From positions 2,811-66,810 of the forward strand of contig NZBM01000015.1 of NCBI GenBank assembly GCA_002687905.1: a stretch of 64,000 nt of DNA, written 5' to 3'. The notes beneath the pieces were generated by a model, which did no database searches, had not been told where the DNA came from, and saw only the letters and a program-made list of their open reading frames with translations. How positions within the stretch are numbered: the first letter of the stretch is position 1; each line of letters begins with the position of its first letter. Origin of the DNA: a bacterium (GTDB taxonomy: Bacteria > Patescibacteriota > Minisyncoccia > Phycocordibacterales > JABMNX01). A program made the position numbers and the translations under genes. This document shows positions 49,467-58,964 of the stretch, piece by piece.

Positions 49467-50423
49467 ATGGAGGACAAAGACATTGTTGTATATACAGGAC
49501 CAGAGGACAGCTTTCGTTTTGCTGAGAAGGTGCTTGGCGAGAAATTTAGTGTTGTGCGAGTGGAGCCAACCGAAGACTCTCTTTTTCCCAAGTTTGTGAA
49601 ATGCGTCGCCTTTCTTGACGCATCAATGAAAGTCCGTATACCAGCCGATCTCATCAATAAAGCGCAAAGTTTAAAACTTGTGGTCACTGCAACAACGGGG
49701 GCTGATCATATCGATAAAGACGCTCTTGGAAAGAGGCAGATTCCTCTTCTGACTCTAAAAGGAGAGACAGAGATTCTCAATAGTTTTAGCGGAGCGGCGG
49801 AACTGTCATGGCTTTTCCTTATGGCATGTGCGCGAAAATTTCGCGGAGCATTAGATCATGTCCAGGATGGAAAATGGGAGCGAACAGAATTTCCCGGAAT
49901 CATGCTAGCCAACAAAACTCTAGGAATAATCGGTATTGGTCGTCTTGGATCTTGGATGGCTCGGTATGGACACGCTTTTAAGATGAACGTACAAGCCCAC
50001 GACCCATTCGCGGAAACTTTTCCAGCCGAAGTTAAAAAAATTGACCTCGACACACTTCTTAAAACATCTGATTTTATCAGTGTTCACGTTCACCTTTCTG
50101 ACGATACACGCAACCTTTTAAGCGCGGATAAAATAGCGAAAATTAAGAAAGGCGCGTCACTTATTAATACCTCACGAGGGGAGATAGTTGACGAAGAGGC
50201 TCTTGTTGAAGCGCTTGAGAGAGGCGATATCGCAGCGGTTGGAGTTGATGTGCTAGCTGGCGAGCCGGAGATTGATAAAAATGTACTGTGGCAGTATTCA
50301 AAAACACACGAAAAAGTTCTTATTACCCCGCATATAGGAGGTTTTTGTCCTGAGTCGGTAGATCGAGTGGTTGAGTTTTCTGCAGAGCGCATTCTTAAGT
50401 ACTTCAATGAGGGGCAATCATGA
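49467..50423 (+). CDS. D-isomer-specific 2-hydroxyacid dehydrogenase (second paralog)
   Basis: LGIIGIGRLGSWMA...INTSRGEIVDEEAL. Start at ATG 49467. The track ORF starts at 49440. Confidence 0.75.
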   Translation: MEDKDIVVYTGPEDSFRFAEKVLGEKFSVVRVEPTEDSLFPKFVKCVAFLDASMKVRIPADLINKAQSLKLVVTATTGADHIDKDALGKRQIPLLTLKGETEILNSFSGAAELSWLFLMACARKFRGALDHVQDGKWERTEFPGIMLANKTLGIIGIGRLGSWMARYGHAFKMNVQAHDPFAETFPAEVKKIDLDTLLKTSDFISVHVHLSDDTRNLLSADKIAKIKKGASLINTSRGEIVDEEALVEALERGDIAAVGVDVLAGEPEIDKNVLWQYSKTHEKVLITPHIGGFCPESVDRVVEFSAERILKYFNEGQS

Positions 50424-52012
50424 GCATTAAGCCGCATATTAAGGAATTGGCCTCCGCACTGAGAGAAAAGGGAGTTCAGTATGCTTTTGGTGTGGCAGGG
50501 GGTGGCACAAGTCTTGAGCTGATTACTGCGCTCGCCGAGAGTGGTGTGAATTATTATCCTGTCTCGCACGAAGGAGCAGCCGCTCTTATGGCTGGTGCGT
50601 GCTGCTCAGATGGCAAGACTCGTGCAGTTGCTTTGTCGATTAAGGGCCCGGGATTGGTAAATATGGTCCCTGGAATAACTTCGAATTATTTTGAAAATCG
50701 CCCTTCTATTACGATTAGTGAGGCATATGATCCGCAGGCTCCAACGCACAAGATGCATAAACGAGCTCCTCATTATGAAATGATTCAGCCTATTTTAAAG
50801 GGTTTCGTAGGATCAGATGGGAAAAAGGAAACAATCTCCAATCTTGTTGCAGTCATGGAGAAAGAGGTGCCGGGCCCGGGGCATATAGAGCTCTACGGAG
50901 GGCCAGATGAGGCCGAACATACTTTTCTCGCGAGCATGGAAAGAGGTATGCGAAAGTCGGAAGTCAGCATTCCTTCTTCTGCGATGGAACACATCAGGCA
51001 GTCAAAACGCCCGGCACTTGTACTTGGCTCTATAGCTCAGCGGGCTTTTTCCGGCTTCGATTTTTCTTCGATTGGAATTCCGGTTGCAACAACCGCAGCA
51101 GCTAAAGGCTCAGTAGACGAATACTCTTCGTTGTCAGCGGGTATAGTAACTGGTGAGATCAAGGAGCTTTCCCCGGAAAGCACCGTTTTAGCACAGGCAG
51201 ACCTTATTGTTGGTATTGGTCTTCGCAATACCGAAGTGGTAGCTGCAAAACCGTTTGGTGCCCCACTTATAATTTTTGATGGCGAGGTAGATCAAGCTTT
51301 GCATGGTGGTTTTGAGGTGGAATCGGTTTACGCAGTACGAGATATAAACGGTTCAATTTTTAAAACTCTTTTTGAAGAGCTTTCAAAAAAAGAGTGGGGC
51401 AAAGATGAAATACAAAAATTGCGTTTACAACTTGAAAAGGAGCTTTTTGATTCAGACTTAATGCCGGCCACAGTCTTTAGAGTACTTCAGCAGAATATGA
51501 GCGAGGATGCGATACTAACACTTGATACAGGACTGTTTTGTGTTATCGGAGAAACTGTGTGGAAGGCACGAAGCACGAAACATTTTATTGGCAGCAGTGT
51601 GGGGCGTTTTATGGGGACTGGCATCCCCACTGCAATTGGTGTCTCTATCAGCAATCCCAACAATGATGTGGTATGCGTGATGGGGGATGGAGGAATTCGG
51701 CCATACCTTTCTGAAATACGACTTGCCGTCTCTGAACGTCTCCCGATACTCTTTGTTCTCATGTCGGATGGGCGTTATGGCAGTGTCGCTTTGGCTGGTC
51801 TTTCAAAAGATCTACATCCACGTGGTTTCGAAATTGAGGACACGGCGTGGCACAAAGTAGTCGGTCAACTTGGCTGTGAAAGCAAATCTATATCGAATGA
51901 GACAGAATTTACAGAAGCACTCAATATGTGGAAAAAAGCTAGCGGCCCACTCTTTTTAGGGCTTTCTTTCGATAAAGACAATTATTTAGCTATGACTAGT
52001 AAGCTTAGGTAG
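50420..52012 (+). CDS. thiamine-diphosphate-dependent enzyme (acetolactate-synthase / 2-ketoacid decarboxylase family)
   Basis: N-terminal Pyr domain. C-terminal TPP motif GDGGIRPYLSEIRLAVSERLPILFVLMSDGRYG. Confidence 0.75.
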   Translation: MSIKPHIKELASALREKGVQYAFGVAGGGTSLELITALAESGVNYYPVSHEGAAALMAGACCSDGKTRAVALSIKGPGLVNMVPGITSNYFENRPSITISEAYDPQAPTHKMHKRAPHYEMIQPILKGFVGSDGKKETISNLVAVMEKEVPGPGHIELYGGPDEAEHTFLASMERGMRKSEVSIPSSAMEHIRQSKRPALVLGSIAQRAFSGFDFSSIGIPVATTAAAKGSVDEYSSLSAGIVTGEIKELSPESTVLAQADLIVGIGLRNTEVVAAKPFGAPLIIFDGEVDQALHGGFEVESVYAVRDINGSIFKTLFEELSKKEWGKDEIQKLRLQLEKELFDSDLMPATVFRVLQQNMSEDAILTLDTGLFCVIGETVWKARSTKHFIGSSVGRFMGTGIPTAIGVSISNPNNDVVCVMGDGGIRPYLSEIRLAVSERLPILFVLMSDGRYGSVALAGLSKDLHPRGFEIEDTAWHKVVGQLGCESKSISNETEFTEALNMWKKASGPLFLGLSFDKDNYLAMTSKLR

Positions 52013-52021
52013 AAGTTCAGC

Positions 52022-53020
52022 ATGAAGGCAAAACATATATTGGTAGTCGGAGCCGGTTCTGTTGGCAAGCGACACATGAAAAATTTTGTTTCTCTAGGAT
52101 CTACTGTTTCTGCGGTTGATCCGCGTTATGACAGACTTGAAGAAGCTTCAAAAGATATTCCTCTCAAGCATAGTTTTGAGACAATAGAATCTGCATTAGA
52201 AGATTCTAGGGAGTTTGATGGTGTGGCGATCTGCTCTCCAACCGCTTTTCATGTGAGTCAATCTGAGGCTGCGCTTAAGGCAGGTCTGCCGGTTTTGCTT
52301 GAAAAGCCAGTTGCCCCGACGCTTGTAGAGGCACAACGTCTCCAAGAAACACTCAAGAGAAACAAAGGGAAGCTTCTTCTTGGGTATACATATCGTTGGT
52401 GGCCACCTTTTGTTGAGTTCCGGAAACGTCTTCAGTCTGGAGAAATTGGGACAATAAGATATGTAGAATTTATGATGGGCGCGCATCTGGCTGATTGGCA
52501 TCCATGGGAGAGATATCAAGAATTTTTCATGTCGAGCAAAGAACTTGGAGGCGGAGCACTTCTTGATGAGAGTCACTTTCTAGACCTTCTGGTGTGGCTG
52601 TTTGGGATGCCCAAGTCTCTTTTTGCTCGCGTGGAGAAAATAAGTAATCTTGAGATCGAGACTGACGACAATGTAGATATTCTAGTTGACTATGCAAATG
52701 GCATGAGAGTTAGTCTCCACCTTGATCTCTACAGGAGACCTCATGAGCGCTATATTCGCGCGGTCGGGGATGGAGGCTCAATTGAGTGGAGTGTAGAACC
52801 GAATCGCGTGAGGGTTGCGATTGACGCAGAGCAGAAGTGGGATGAGAAGGCATTTCCCCAAGAGAGAAACTATATGTTCCTTGCTGTAGCAAAGGAGTTT
52901 CTTGCAATTATTGATGGATCTACTGAGCCAAGTTGTACGATTGATGATGGGGTTAAGGTAATGCAGCTTGTAGAAATAAGCAGGAAAAGCTCCAAAAAAA
53001 GAAAATCTTTTAATGTTTAA
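52022..53020 (+). CDS. Gfo/Idh/MocA-family oxidoreductase
   Basis: ILVVGAGSVGKRH...LLEKPVA. Confidence 0.75.
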   Translation: MKAKHILVVGAGSVGKRHMKNFVSLGSTVSAVDPRYDRLEEASKDIPLKHSFETIESALEDSREFDGVAICSPTAFHVSQSEAALKAGLPVLLEKPVAPTLVEAQRLQETLKRNKGKLLLGYTYRWWPPFVEFRKRLQSGEIGTIRYVEFMMGAHLADWHPWERYQEFFMSSKELGGGALLDESHFLDLLVWLFGMPKSLFARVEKISNLEIETDDNVDILVDYANGMRVSLHLDLYRRPHERYIRAVGDGGSIEWSVEPNRVRVAIDAEQKWDEKAFPQERNYMFLAVAKEFLAIIDGSTEPSCTIDDGVKVMQLVEISRKSSKKRKSFNV

Positions 53021-53597
53021 TTTACCGAAAGAAATAGTAATCCTTGATCTTGAAATAACCACATGGGAAGGAGCCATTCAGCGTAGATGGTCTGGAGAAG
53101 GGGAGCATATGGAAGTTATTCAGATGGGAGCTGCAAAAGTGGAGACTGATAATTTTGAGACATTAGATACGTTTAATTGTTTTGTTAGGCCGAGGGTAAA
53201 TCCTATACTTTCCGAGTACTGTAAGGAACTTACAGGAATTAAACAGGAACAAGTAGATAGCGCAGAAGAGTTTCCTGTGTTTATAAAGGAATTCGCCGAA
53301 TGGTGTGGGGACCTTAGTTTGTACTGTTATGGAAAGATAAAAAAAATACCAACTATGCTTGATAGGGAAGCAATTATTGAAAATTCCAAATTGGCTAGCA
53401 TTTCAAGTCCATTTACAGAAGATAAATTTAATAATATTAATCTCATTTTTCATAAGCACGGCTATAACGTCAGGCAGAGTGGATCAACCCCAGAGGCTTT
53501 TGGTCTTAAGCTTCAAAATAGACCACATAATGCGATGAATGATGTGAATGGACTTATCACAGGACTTAAAGCTCTAAAGAAAGCAGTTAGTAATTGA
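53013..53597 (+). CDS. DEDDh-family 3'-5' exonuclease (DnaQ/ERI-1/KapD-like)
   Basis: Exo I motif IVILDLEIT. The length fits a single exonuclease domain. Confidence 0.55.
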   Translation: MFNLPKEIVILDLEITTWEGAIQRRWSGEGEHMEVIQMGAAKVETDNFETLDTFNCFVRPRVNPILSEYCKELTGIKQEQVDSAEEFPVFIKEFAEWCGDLSLYCYGKIKKIPTMLDREAIIENSKLASISSPFTEDKFNNINLIFHKHGYNVRQSGSTPEAFGLKLQNRPHNAMNDVNGLITGLKALKKAVSN

Positions 53598-53665
53598 CAA
53601 ACGAAATATTTGTTCTATATTTACTCTACCTTAAACCTTTTTGGATAAAAGACGTTTTATTTTGT

Positions 53666-54433
53666 ATGAAAAACATAGTTGCAATAATACCGGCCCGAAT
53701 GGGAAGTACCCGGTTCCCAGGCAAGCCGCTTGAGAAAATATGTGGAATGCCAATGATTGGGCATGTTTGGCATAGAGCCAAAATGAGCAATCGTCTCTCT
53801 GACGTCTATGTTGTTACGTATGACCAAGAGATAAAGGACTATGTGGAAAGCATAGGAGGAAAGGCGATCGTGGCCAAGGGCCGATATGAAAGGTGTCCCG
53901 ATTGTACTGCAGAAGCTCTTGAGACAATCGAGAAAGAGACCGGAAAAAAGGTGGACATTGTAGTTATGATACAAGGGGACGAGCCAATGCTTATCCCAGA
54001 GACTATAGACGCCGCATTAAAGCCAATAGAAGAAGATCCCACAGTTAATGTCGTGAATCTTTATACGGATCTTAAGACCAAAGAAGAACATGAAGACCCT
54101 AATGAACCCAAGGTAGTTGTAAACCCTAAAGGGGACGAGGCAGTATACTTTTCAAGAGAACCAATACCTTCCAGGAAATTGTATGTGGGAGACGTAGCTG
54201 CGTATAAGCAGGTGTGCATCATACCTTTTAGAAGGGATACACTTTTGCAATTCAGAGACATGGAGCGTACCCCTCTTGAGATAATAGAGGCAATAGACAT
54301 GCTGCGTTTTATTGAAAATGGGATGAAAGTGCATATGGTCTATCAAGACATTGATACGTATGCTGTGGACACTCCTAAGGATTTAGAGAAAGTTGAATCT
54401 ATCCTATCAAAAGAAAAACTCTCTTATCTCTAG
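53666..54433 (+). CDS. KdsB-like CMP-ulosonic acid cytidylyltransferase (second cytidylyltransferase)
   Basis: VAIIPARMGSTRFPGKPL signature. Start at ATG 53666. The track ORF starts at 53594. Confidence 0.75.
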   Translation: MKNIVAIIPARMGSTRFPGKPLEKICGMPMIGHVWHRAKMSNRLSDVYVVTYDQEIKDYVESIGGKAIVAKGRYERCPDCTAEALETIEKETGKKVDIVVMIQGDEPMLIPETIDAALKPIEEDPTVNVVNLYTDLKTKEEHEDPNEPKVVVNPKGDEAVYFSREPIPSRKLYVGDVAAYKQVCIIPFRRDTLLQFRDMERTPLEIIEAIDMLRFIENGMKVHMVYQDIDTYAVDTPKDLEKVESILSKEKLSYL

Positions 54434-54436
54434 AGG

Positions 54437-55699
54437 TTGTATACCGACATGAAAAGAACTATTTGCTTTACAGTAATTTATATTGGGGAGCTCAAATTTT
54501 TTGAGCGTTTTTTTTCGCATTTCGAGGATGAATATGACATTCATCTTTTATTTATTCGCCCTGATGATAACAAGAGGAGACAGATGATCGAATACAGCAA
54601 GGAAAATAGATACACCTTTACTGTCATAGACTATGATTTAGGCGGCAATAGGAGGGGAGAAAAAAGGATTCCGGTTGTGTCTGCATTGATCCGATATCGA
54701 AAGCATATCAAGAGCGCCAGAGCCTTTTTTAATAAGCACAATATAGGGCGTTTTGTTGGAGCAAAGATTTCTTTCACAAATCAGACTTTTTTTAGGGAAG
54801 CCAACTATCGTGGTATACAAACAGTGCTCGTACAACGCGGTCATCGCCCGCCGCTTGACTCATACGTTAGGATAAAGAAATTGAAGCCGTTAAAACGAAC
54901 TTACGCTTTCTTTATTGACCTAATGCGCAAAGTTATAGAGATGATCACATTTGGGCCTCGTTACGCATTTACAAGCATAATGCCAAGTAAAGTTGGGGCA
55001 ATAGGTGAAGAGGGAAAGACTGTTTTACCTGAACGCCATGGTTTTGATCCGAAAATAATCTCAGTTCTGGGAAGTTTTGAGCATCAGTGGATGATTGATC
55101 TTATGAAGAAGATAAAAAGCACCTCTGGTTATAGGAAAAATATCTTAAAGAAATATGGAATTGACGAGAAAAAGAAACAAATTTTACTTCTTTCGGGTCG
55201 TTATCAACATTACATAGACGCAAGAGAAAATTATACAAGAGAAGAAGAGTTAGAGATACTGCGTTATTTTGAGGATATTGTTAAAAATATAAAATCAGTT
55301 TTTTCTGATGACGAAATTCAGATTCATTTCACACTTCACCCCGCAGAGAAGAATATATATGAACCGCTTAAAAAGTACGGAGTCCAAATACACGGAATTC
55401 AATCAAAAATAGACGAGTTGATTGCTGTATCGGATCTGTATATTTCATACCCAGTAACAAGCGCTGCGTATATGGCAGTCGCAAGTGGAATTGACGCAAT
55501 CTTTATTAACTTCTCTCCACTCCAAGAGCTAAATAAGGTTGCGGGCGACTTCGGTATCACAAACGTGGTTACAGATAGAGAGGAGTTCAAAAATAAATTG
55601 GAGGACTTTAAGATGGGGGATTTAGAAAGACAATATGATCAGAATCATGTGGTAAAAAATTCTATTGACAACACTATAGATTTCATTAAAAGTTCATAG
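54437..55699 (+). CDS. hypothetical GT-B-like / capsule-polysaccharide-biosynthesis-type protein
   Basis: C-terminal half loosely collinear with the 32699 and 56058 paralogs. No firm motif. Confidence 0.3.
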   Translation: MYTDMKRTICFTVIYIGELKFFERFFSHFEDEYDIHLLFIRPDDNKRRQMIEYSKENRYTFTVIDYDLGGNRRGEKRIPVVSALIRYRKHIKSARAFFNKHNIGRFVGAKISFTNQTFFREANYRGIQTVLVQRGHRPPLDSYVRIKKLKPLKRTYAFFIDLMRKVIEMITFGPRYAFTSIMPSKVGAIGEEGKTVLPERHGFDPKIISVLGSFEHQWMIDLMKKIKSTSGYRKNILKKYGIDEKKKQILLLSGRYQHYIDARENYTREEELEILRYFEDIVKNIKSVFSDDEIQIHFTLHPAEKNIYEPLKKYGVQIHGIQSKIDELIAVSDLYISYPVTSAAYMAVASGIDAIFINFSPLQELNKVAGDFGITNVVTDREEFKNKLEDFKMGDLERQYDQNHVVKNSIDNTIDFIKSS

Positions 55700-55702
55700 G
55701 TT

Positions 55703-56074
55703 ATGTATAAAAAGCACAAGAAAACAGAGAAGACTGTACCAGCTAGAATTCCAGGTTTCGGGTATTGGGGTGGAACAGGTATTACCCCGATAGGAATTAG
55801 CTACGGAGAAGCCCATGAAGAAGAAGAGCCTAAGGATCCCTTGCATTACAGAAAGAAAAGCAGAGTGTATTTCATCATTCTAAAAGGGACGCTTCTTTTA
55901 GAAATTGAGGGCGAGAGAAATGAATGCACAAATGAAATTGTCTATGAAATATTCCCAGAGACACCATATAGGGTATTGGGGTCTTTAAAAGGAGAATGCG
56001 TGTGGATTGCTATAAATACAGTAAATGATCCCGAGGACAAAGTAATTGTAGAGAAAAATGGAAAAGAGAAATAA
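55703..56074 (+). CDS. small hypothetical protein (possible cupin barrel)
   Basis: A 123-aa ORF tightly packed between neighbours. Weak cupin-like pattern. Confidence 0.3.
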   Translation: MYKKHKKTEKTVPARIPGFGYWGGTGITPIGISYGEAHEEEEPKDPLHYRKKSRVYFIILKGTLLLEIEGERNECTNEIVYEIFPETPYRVLGSLKGECVWIAINTVNDPEDKVIVEKNGKEK

Positions 56075-57473
56075 GACAATTTTTATACTCATTAATCGCT
56101 CATTTTTGATACGAAATATTCTTCGTTCAGGAACACTCGAGCTTTTAAAGAAAAAAAGATATAACATTGTCATCTTTTTTGCAGCTCCTGTGCCGCAGTA
56201 TCTTCGGGACGAGTTTGAAGACGATCAGGTAAAACTACACGGCTTTGAGGTATCGCGAACAGGTAGATTGAGGCGTCTTTTTAACAAAACAAAGCGTTAT
56301 GTAATTGTTACGCGTAATACAAAATATAGTGCTAAATACATAAAGCTACTTGAAAATAACGGTTTGCCAAATAAGGAGAGGATAATATCAAGAAAAAAGA
56401 AACCTACTCACAGAATATACATAGAACTTGCCATTGCCTATATTCTAAGCGCAATTCCCCCACTTAAATTTTTCATACGGTGGGGTGAACCTTTTTTCTT
56501 TCCTGAGCACAGTAAGAGGCTCAAGGATTACTTTGATACGTATAAACCAGATCTTATATTCTCAACTTCAACTGGAGGCACTTTTGAGTATCCGTTTATA
56601 AAGGAAGCACGGCGACGTTCGGTCAAGACACTCTCAATACCGAAGAGCTGGGACAATATAAATAATGAATTTATACCACTTGTACCCGACCGGCTTGTAG
56701 TCCAAAACCATGCAAGTAGAAAATCAGCAGAAGATATTCAAAAAATACCCAGAGATCGTATTTCGGTTGTAGGGATGCCACATTTTGATTGGTATAAGAA
56801 AAAAGAAATTCTAAAATCAAGAAAGGAACATTTAGAGAGCAAGGGTCTTGATCCGGACCGAGCACTCATTTTCTTCGGCTCTGAAGGGATATGGGCGCCC
56901 AACGATCATTTAATTGCAGAGAAATTACAGGAATCTATTGAAAAAGATGAATTTGTAAAACCATGTCAGCTTCTGGTTCGTCCGCACTACAGCAATGTTA
57001 GAGAGGATGTATTCAAAAATCTTCGTGGGAAATCTTATGTATCAGTAGATTCTTTTCGTATTGTTGATTTTCTTATAGATAAGTGGGACCAGAGCCTTGA
57101 TGAGACCATAGATTTTGTAAATAGTGTTGCGCATTGTGACATGATGATCAGTATTGCCTCCTCACTTTCACTTGACGCAGCAGCGATGAATAAGCCTTCT
57201 ATAAGTCCTGGGTTCTGGGGAGAGTACGCGGGTGGTAAGGATGTGACCGGCTCAAAGCTCTACAGTACTGACCACGTGCACTGGCTCATGTCTTCTGGTG
57301 GAGTCTGGAAAGTAGATTCCTATGATGAACTAAAAAAGGCAATCAATGCATACCTTGAGAATCCAAAACTTCATGAGGAAGAGAGAAAACGCACGATTGA
57401 GAAACTTTGCTACAAGCTTGATGGAAAAGCTTCAGAAAGACTGGTAGAGGTAATAGAATCAATGTTTGTGTAG
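56058..57473 (+). CDS. hypothetical GT-B-like surface-carbohydrate biosynthesis protein (paralog of 32699..34063)
   Basis: Shares the same motifs as the 32699 gene product, for example KPDLIFSTSTGGT...VKTLSIPKSWDNI. Confidence 0.35.
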   Translation: MEKRNKTIFILINRSFLIRNILRSGTLELLKKKRYNIVIFFAAPVPQYLRDEFEDDQVKLHGFEVSRTGRLRRLFNKTKRYVIVTRNTKYSAKYIKLLENNGLPNKERIISRKKKPTHRIYIELAIAYILSAIPPLKFFIRWGEPFFFPEHSKRLKDYFDTYKPDLIFSTSTGGTFEYPFIKEARRRSVKTLSIPKSWDNINNEFIPLVPDRLVVQNHASRKSAEDIQKIPRDRISVVGMPHFDWYKKKEILKSRKEHLESKGLDPDRALIFFGSEGIWAPNDHLIAEKLQESIEKDEFVKPCQLLVRPHYSNVREDVFKNLRGKSYVSVDSFRIVDFLIDKWDQSLDETIDFVNSVAHCDMMISIASSLSLDAAAMNKPSISPGFWGEYAGGKDVTGSKLYSTDHVHWLMSSGGVWKVDSYDELKKAINAYLENPKLHEEERKRTIEKLCYKLDGKASERLVEVIESMFV

Positions 57474-57476
57474 AAG

Positions 57477-58247
57477 CTACAGGTCAGAAACATCCCATCC
57501 TTCTTTCTTCAGGTTGTTTTCAATCCACCTGTTGTTGAAGTAGTTGTATCTATAGGGAGTGAAATCGTCTGATGTAGCTATGTGGTAACGACCAATTGCT
57601 ACAAATCTGAATCTATCAGTCTCATTGTTGCTCGATTTATGTATGGTAGTCATATACATTACTACTGCGTCACCCGCTTTAGCAGGTGTCTTTATCTGCT
57701 CGTATTTCTCAAGTATTGTCTCATCGATAAGGTTTTGAGTACTGCTTAGTTTTGAGTCTTTTTTTGACGCCACCCTGACAAAACCTTCTTTGTGTGATTC
57801 TTTTGCTATAACGAGTGCTCCACCATCACTCGGTACATCAAGCATCGGGATCCATACCACGAGTCCATTCGTTCCATCTCTGTTTTGTGGGTAATACGAT
57901 ATTTCCTGGTGCCAGCCATAGAGATTTCGAGTGTCTTTTGGGGCGTCCATTCTTTGTATATGTCCTGAATTTGATAGCTCCTCAATTTCTACACCAAGAA
58001 GTTCTGCAACTGTTTTAGGTACTTCCCCAGACGTGAAGATATTATCTAAAACAACACTTGATTGTGCAGAATCATAGAGGGCTCCAAAAGCGTCTGGATT
58101 TTCTTTGCGCAAGGAACCTAAAAGACTATGAAAATCTGTGTTATCTCTCAGGTTTCCACTTCTACCAAGAGAATTTGGCACCGCGGTAAAACGACTTAAG
58201 ATTGCCAAGGTATTTTTTAGAACCAGATCTAACCTCTCTTTCTCCAC
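57477..58247 (-). CDS. PhyH-like / Fe(II)-2-oxoglutarate dioxygenase superfamily protein
   Basis: LYGWHQEISYYP...VVWIPMLDVPSDGGALVIAKESHK pattern. It is the only minus-strand gene in the island. Confidence 0.4.
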   Translation of the reverse strand: MEKERLDLVLKNTLAILSRFTAVPNSLGRSGNLRDNTDFHSLLGSLRKENPDAFGALYDSAQSSVVLDNIFTSGEVPKTVAELLGVEIEELSNSGHIQRMDAPKDTRNLYGWHQEISYYPQNRDGTNGLVVWIPMLDVPSDGGALVIAKESHKEGFVRVASKKDSKLSSTQNLIDETILEKYEQIKTPAKAGDAVVMYMTTIHKSSNNETDRFRFVAIGRYHIATSDDFTPYRYNYFNNRWIENNLKKEGWDVSDL

Positions 58248-58341
58248 AACATTTTCAATAAGTACAAGCCGTCTTTTTTGAGTTTTTCTTTTACATCATC
58301 CATGTGCGCATTATATAGGAAACTGGTATAGTGTTTGTTCA

Positions 58342-58964
58342 ATGATACTGTTACCTAGAGCTTTGGTGAGGCGTTTAAAGAGGTGGGGCTACTATATACC
58401 AGCTTACCGATATACACACCGGTCGCTTATGAAAGCCTTCTACTTTCACGAAGTTTTCGGCGAGATTAAAAATGTTGACGGCGATGTGGTTGAATGTGGA
58501 GTAGGCTACGGCAATAGCATAGTAATTCTCGGTAGTTTAGTAGATCTAAACAAAAAAGAGCGAAGGGTAATAGGTTTTGACTCTTTTGAGGGATTCCCGG
58601 ATACAAACGAAGATTGGTCACGGGCAGCACATTTTAAAGGCGCTAACGTAAAAAGAGTAGAGAAGCGAATAGAATCAGCAAAATTACCCATAAAGATCAA
58701 ACTCATAAAAGGTTTTTTGAGGATACCCTTGAATCATATAATGGAAAAATAGCCTTTCTACATATAGATGTAGATATTGCTTCTTCATATATAACAACAC
58801 TTGAGAAATTGTTTGATAAAGTCGAGAGTGGAGGAGTTGTACTTTTTGATGAGTATAAAAATCCACACTGGGTGGAGGCAACTGAAGCAATAGATAAGTT
58901 TCTTGGTGGAAGATACGAAATAAGAAAATGCAAAGTTAACGATAAGTACTATATTGTGAAATGA
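58342..58964 (+). pseudogene. TylF/MycF-family O-methyltransferase disrupted by a -1 frameshift in a T6 run (58713-58718)
   Basis: Frame A (58342..58752) carries ECGVGYGNS...GFDSFEGFP. Frame B continues KIAFLHIDVDIASS...VVLFDEY...WVEATEAIDKFL to TGA 58962-58964. One extra T in GGTTTTTTG would fuse the two frames into KGFFEDTLESYNGKIAFLHIDVD. Confidence 0.5.

Noticed and set aside
58506-58933. Minus-strand ORFs 58506..58706, 58684..58890 and 58703..58933
   Set aside because: Antisense to the two halves of the frameshifted TylF-type methyltransferase.
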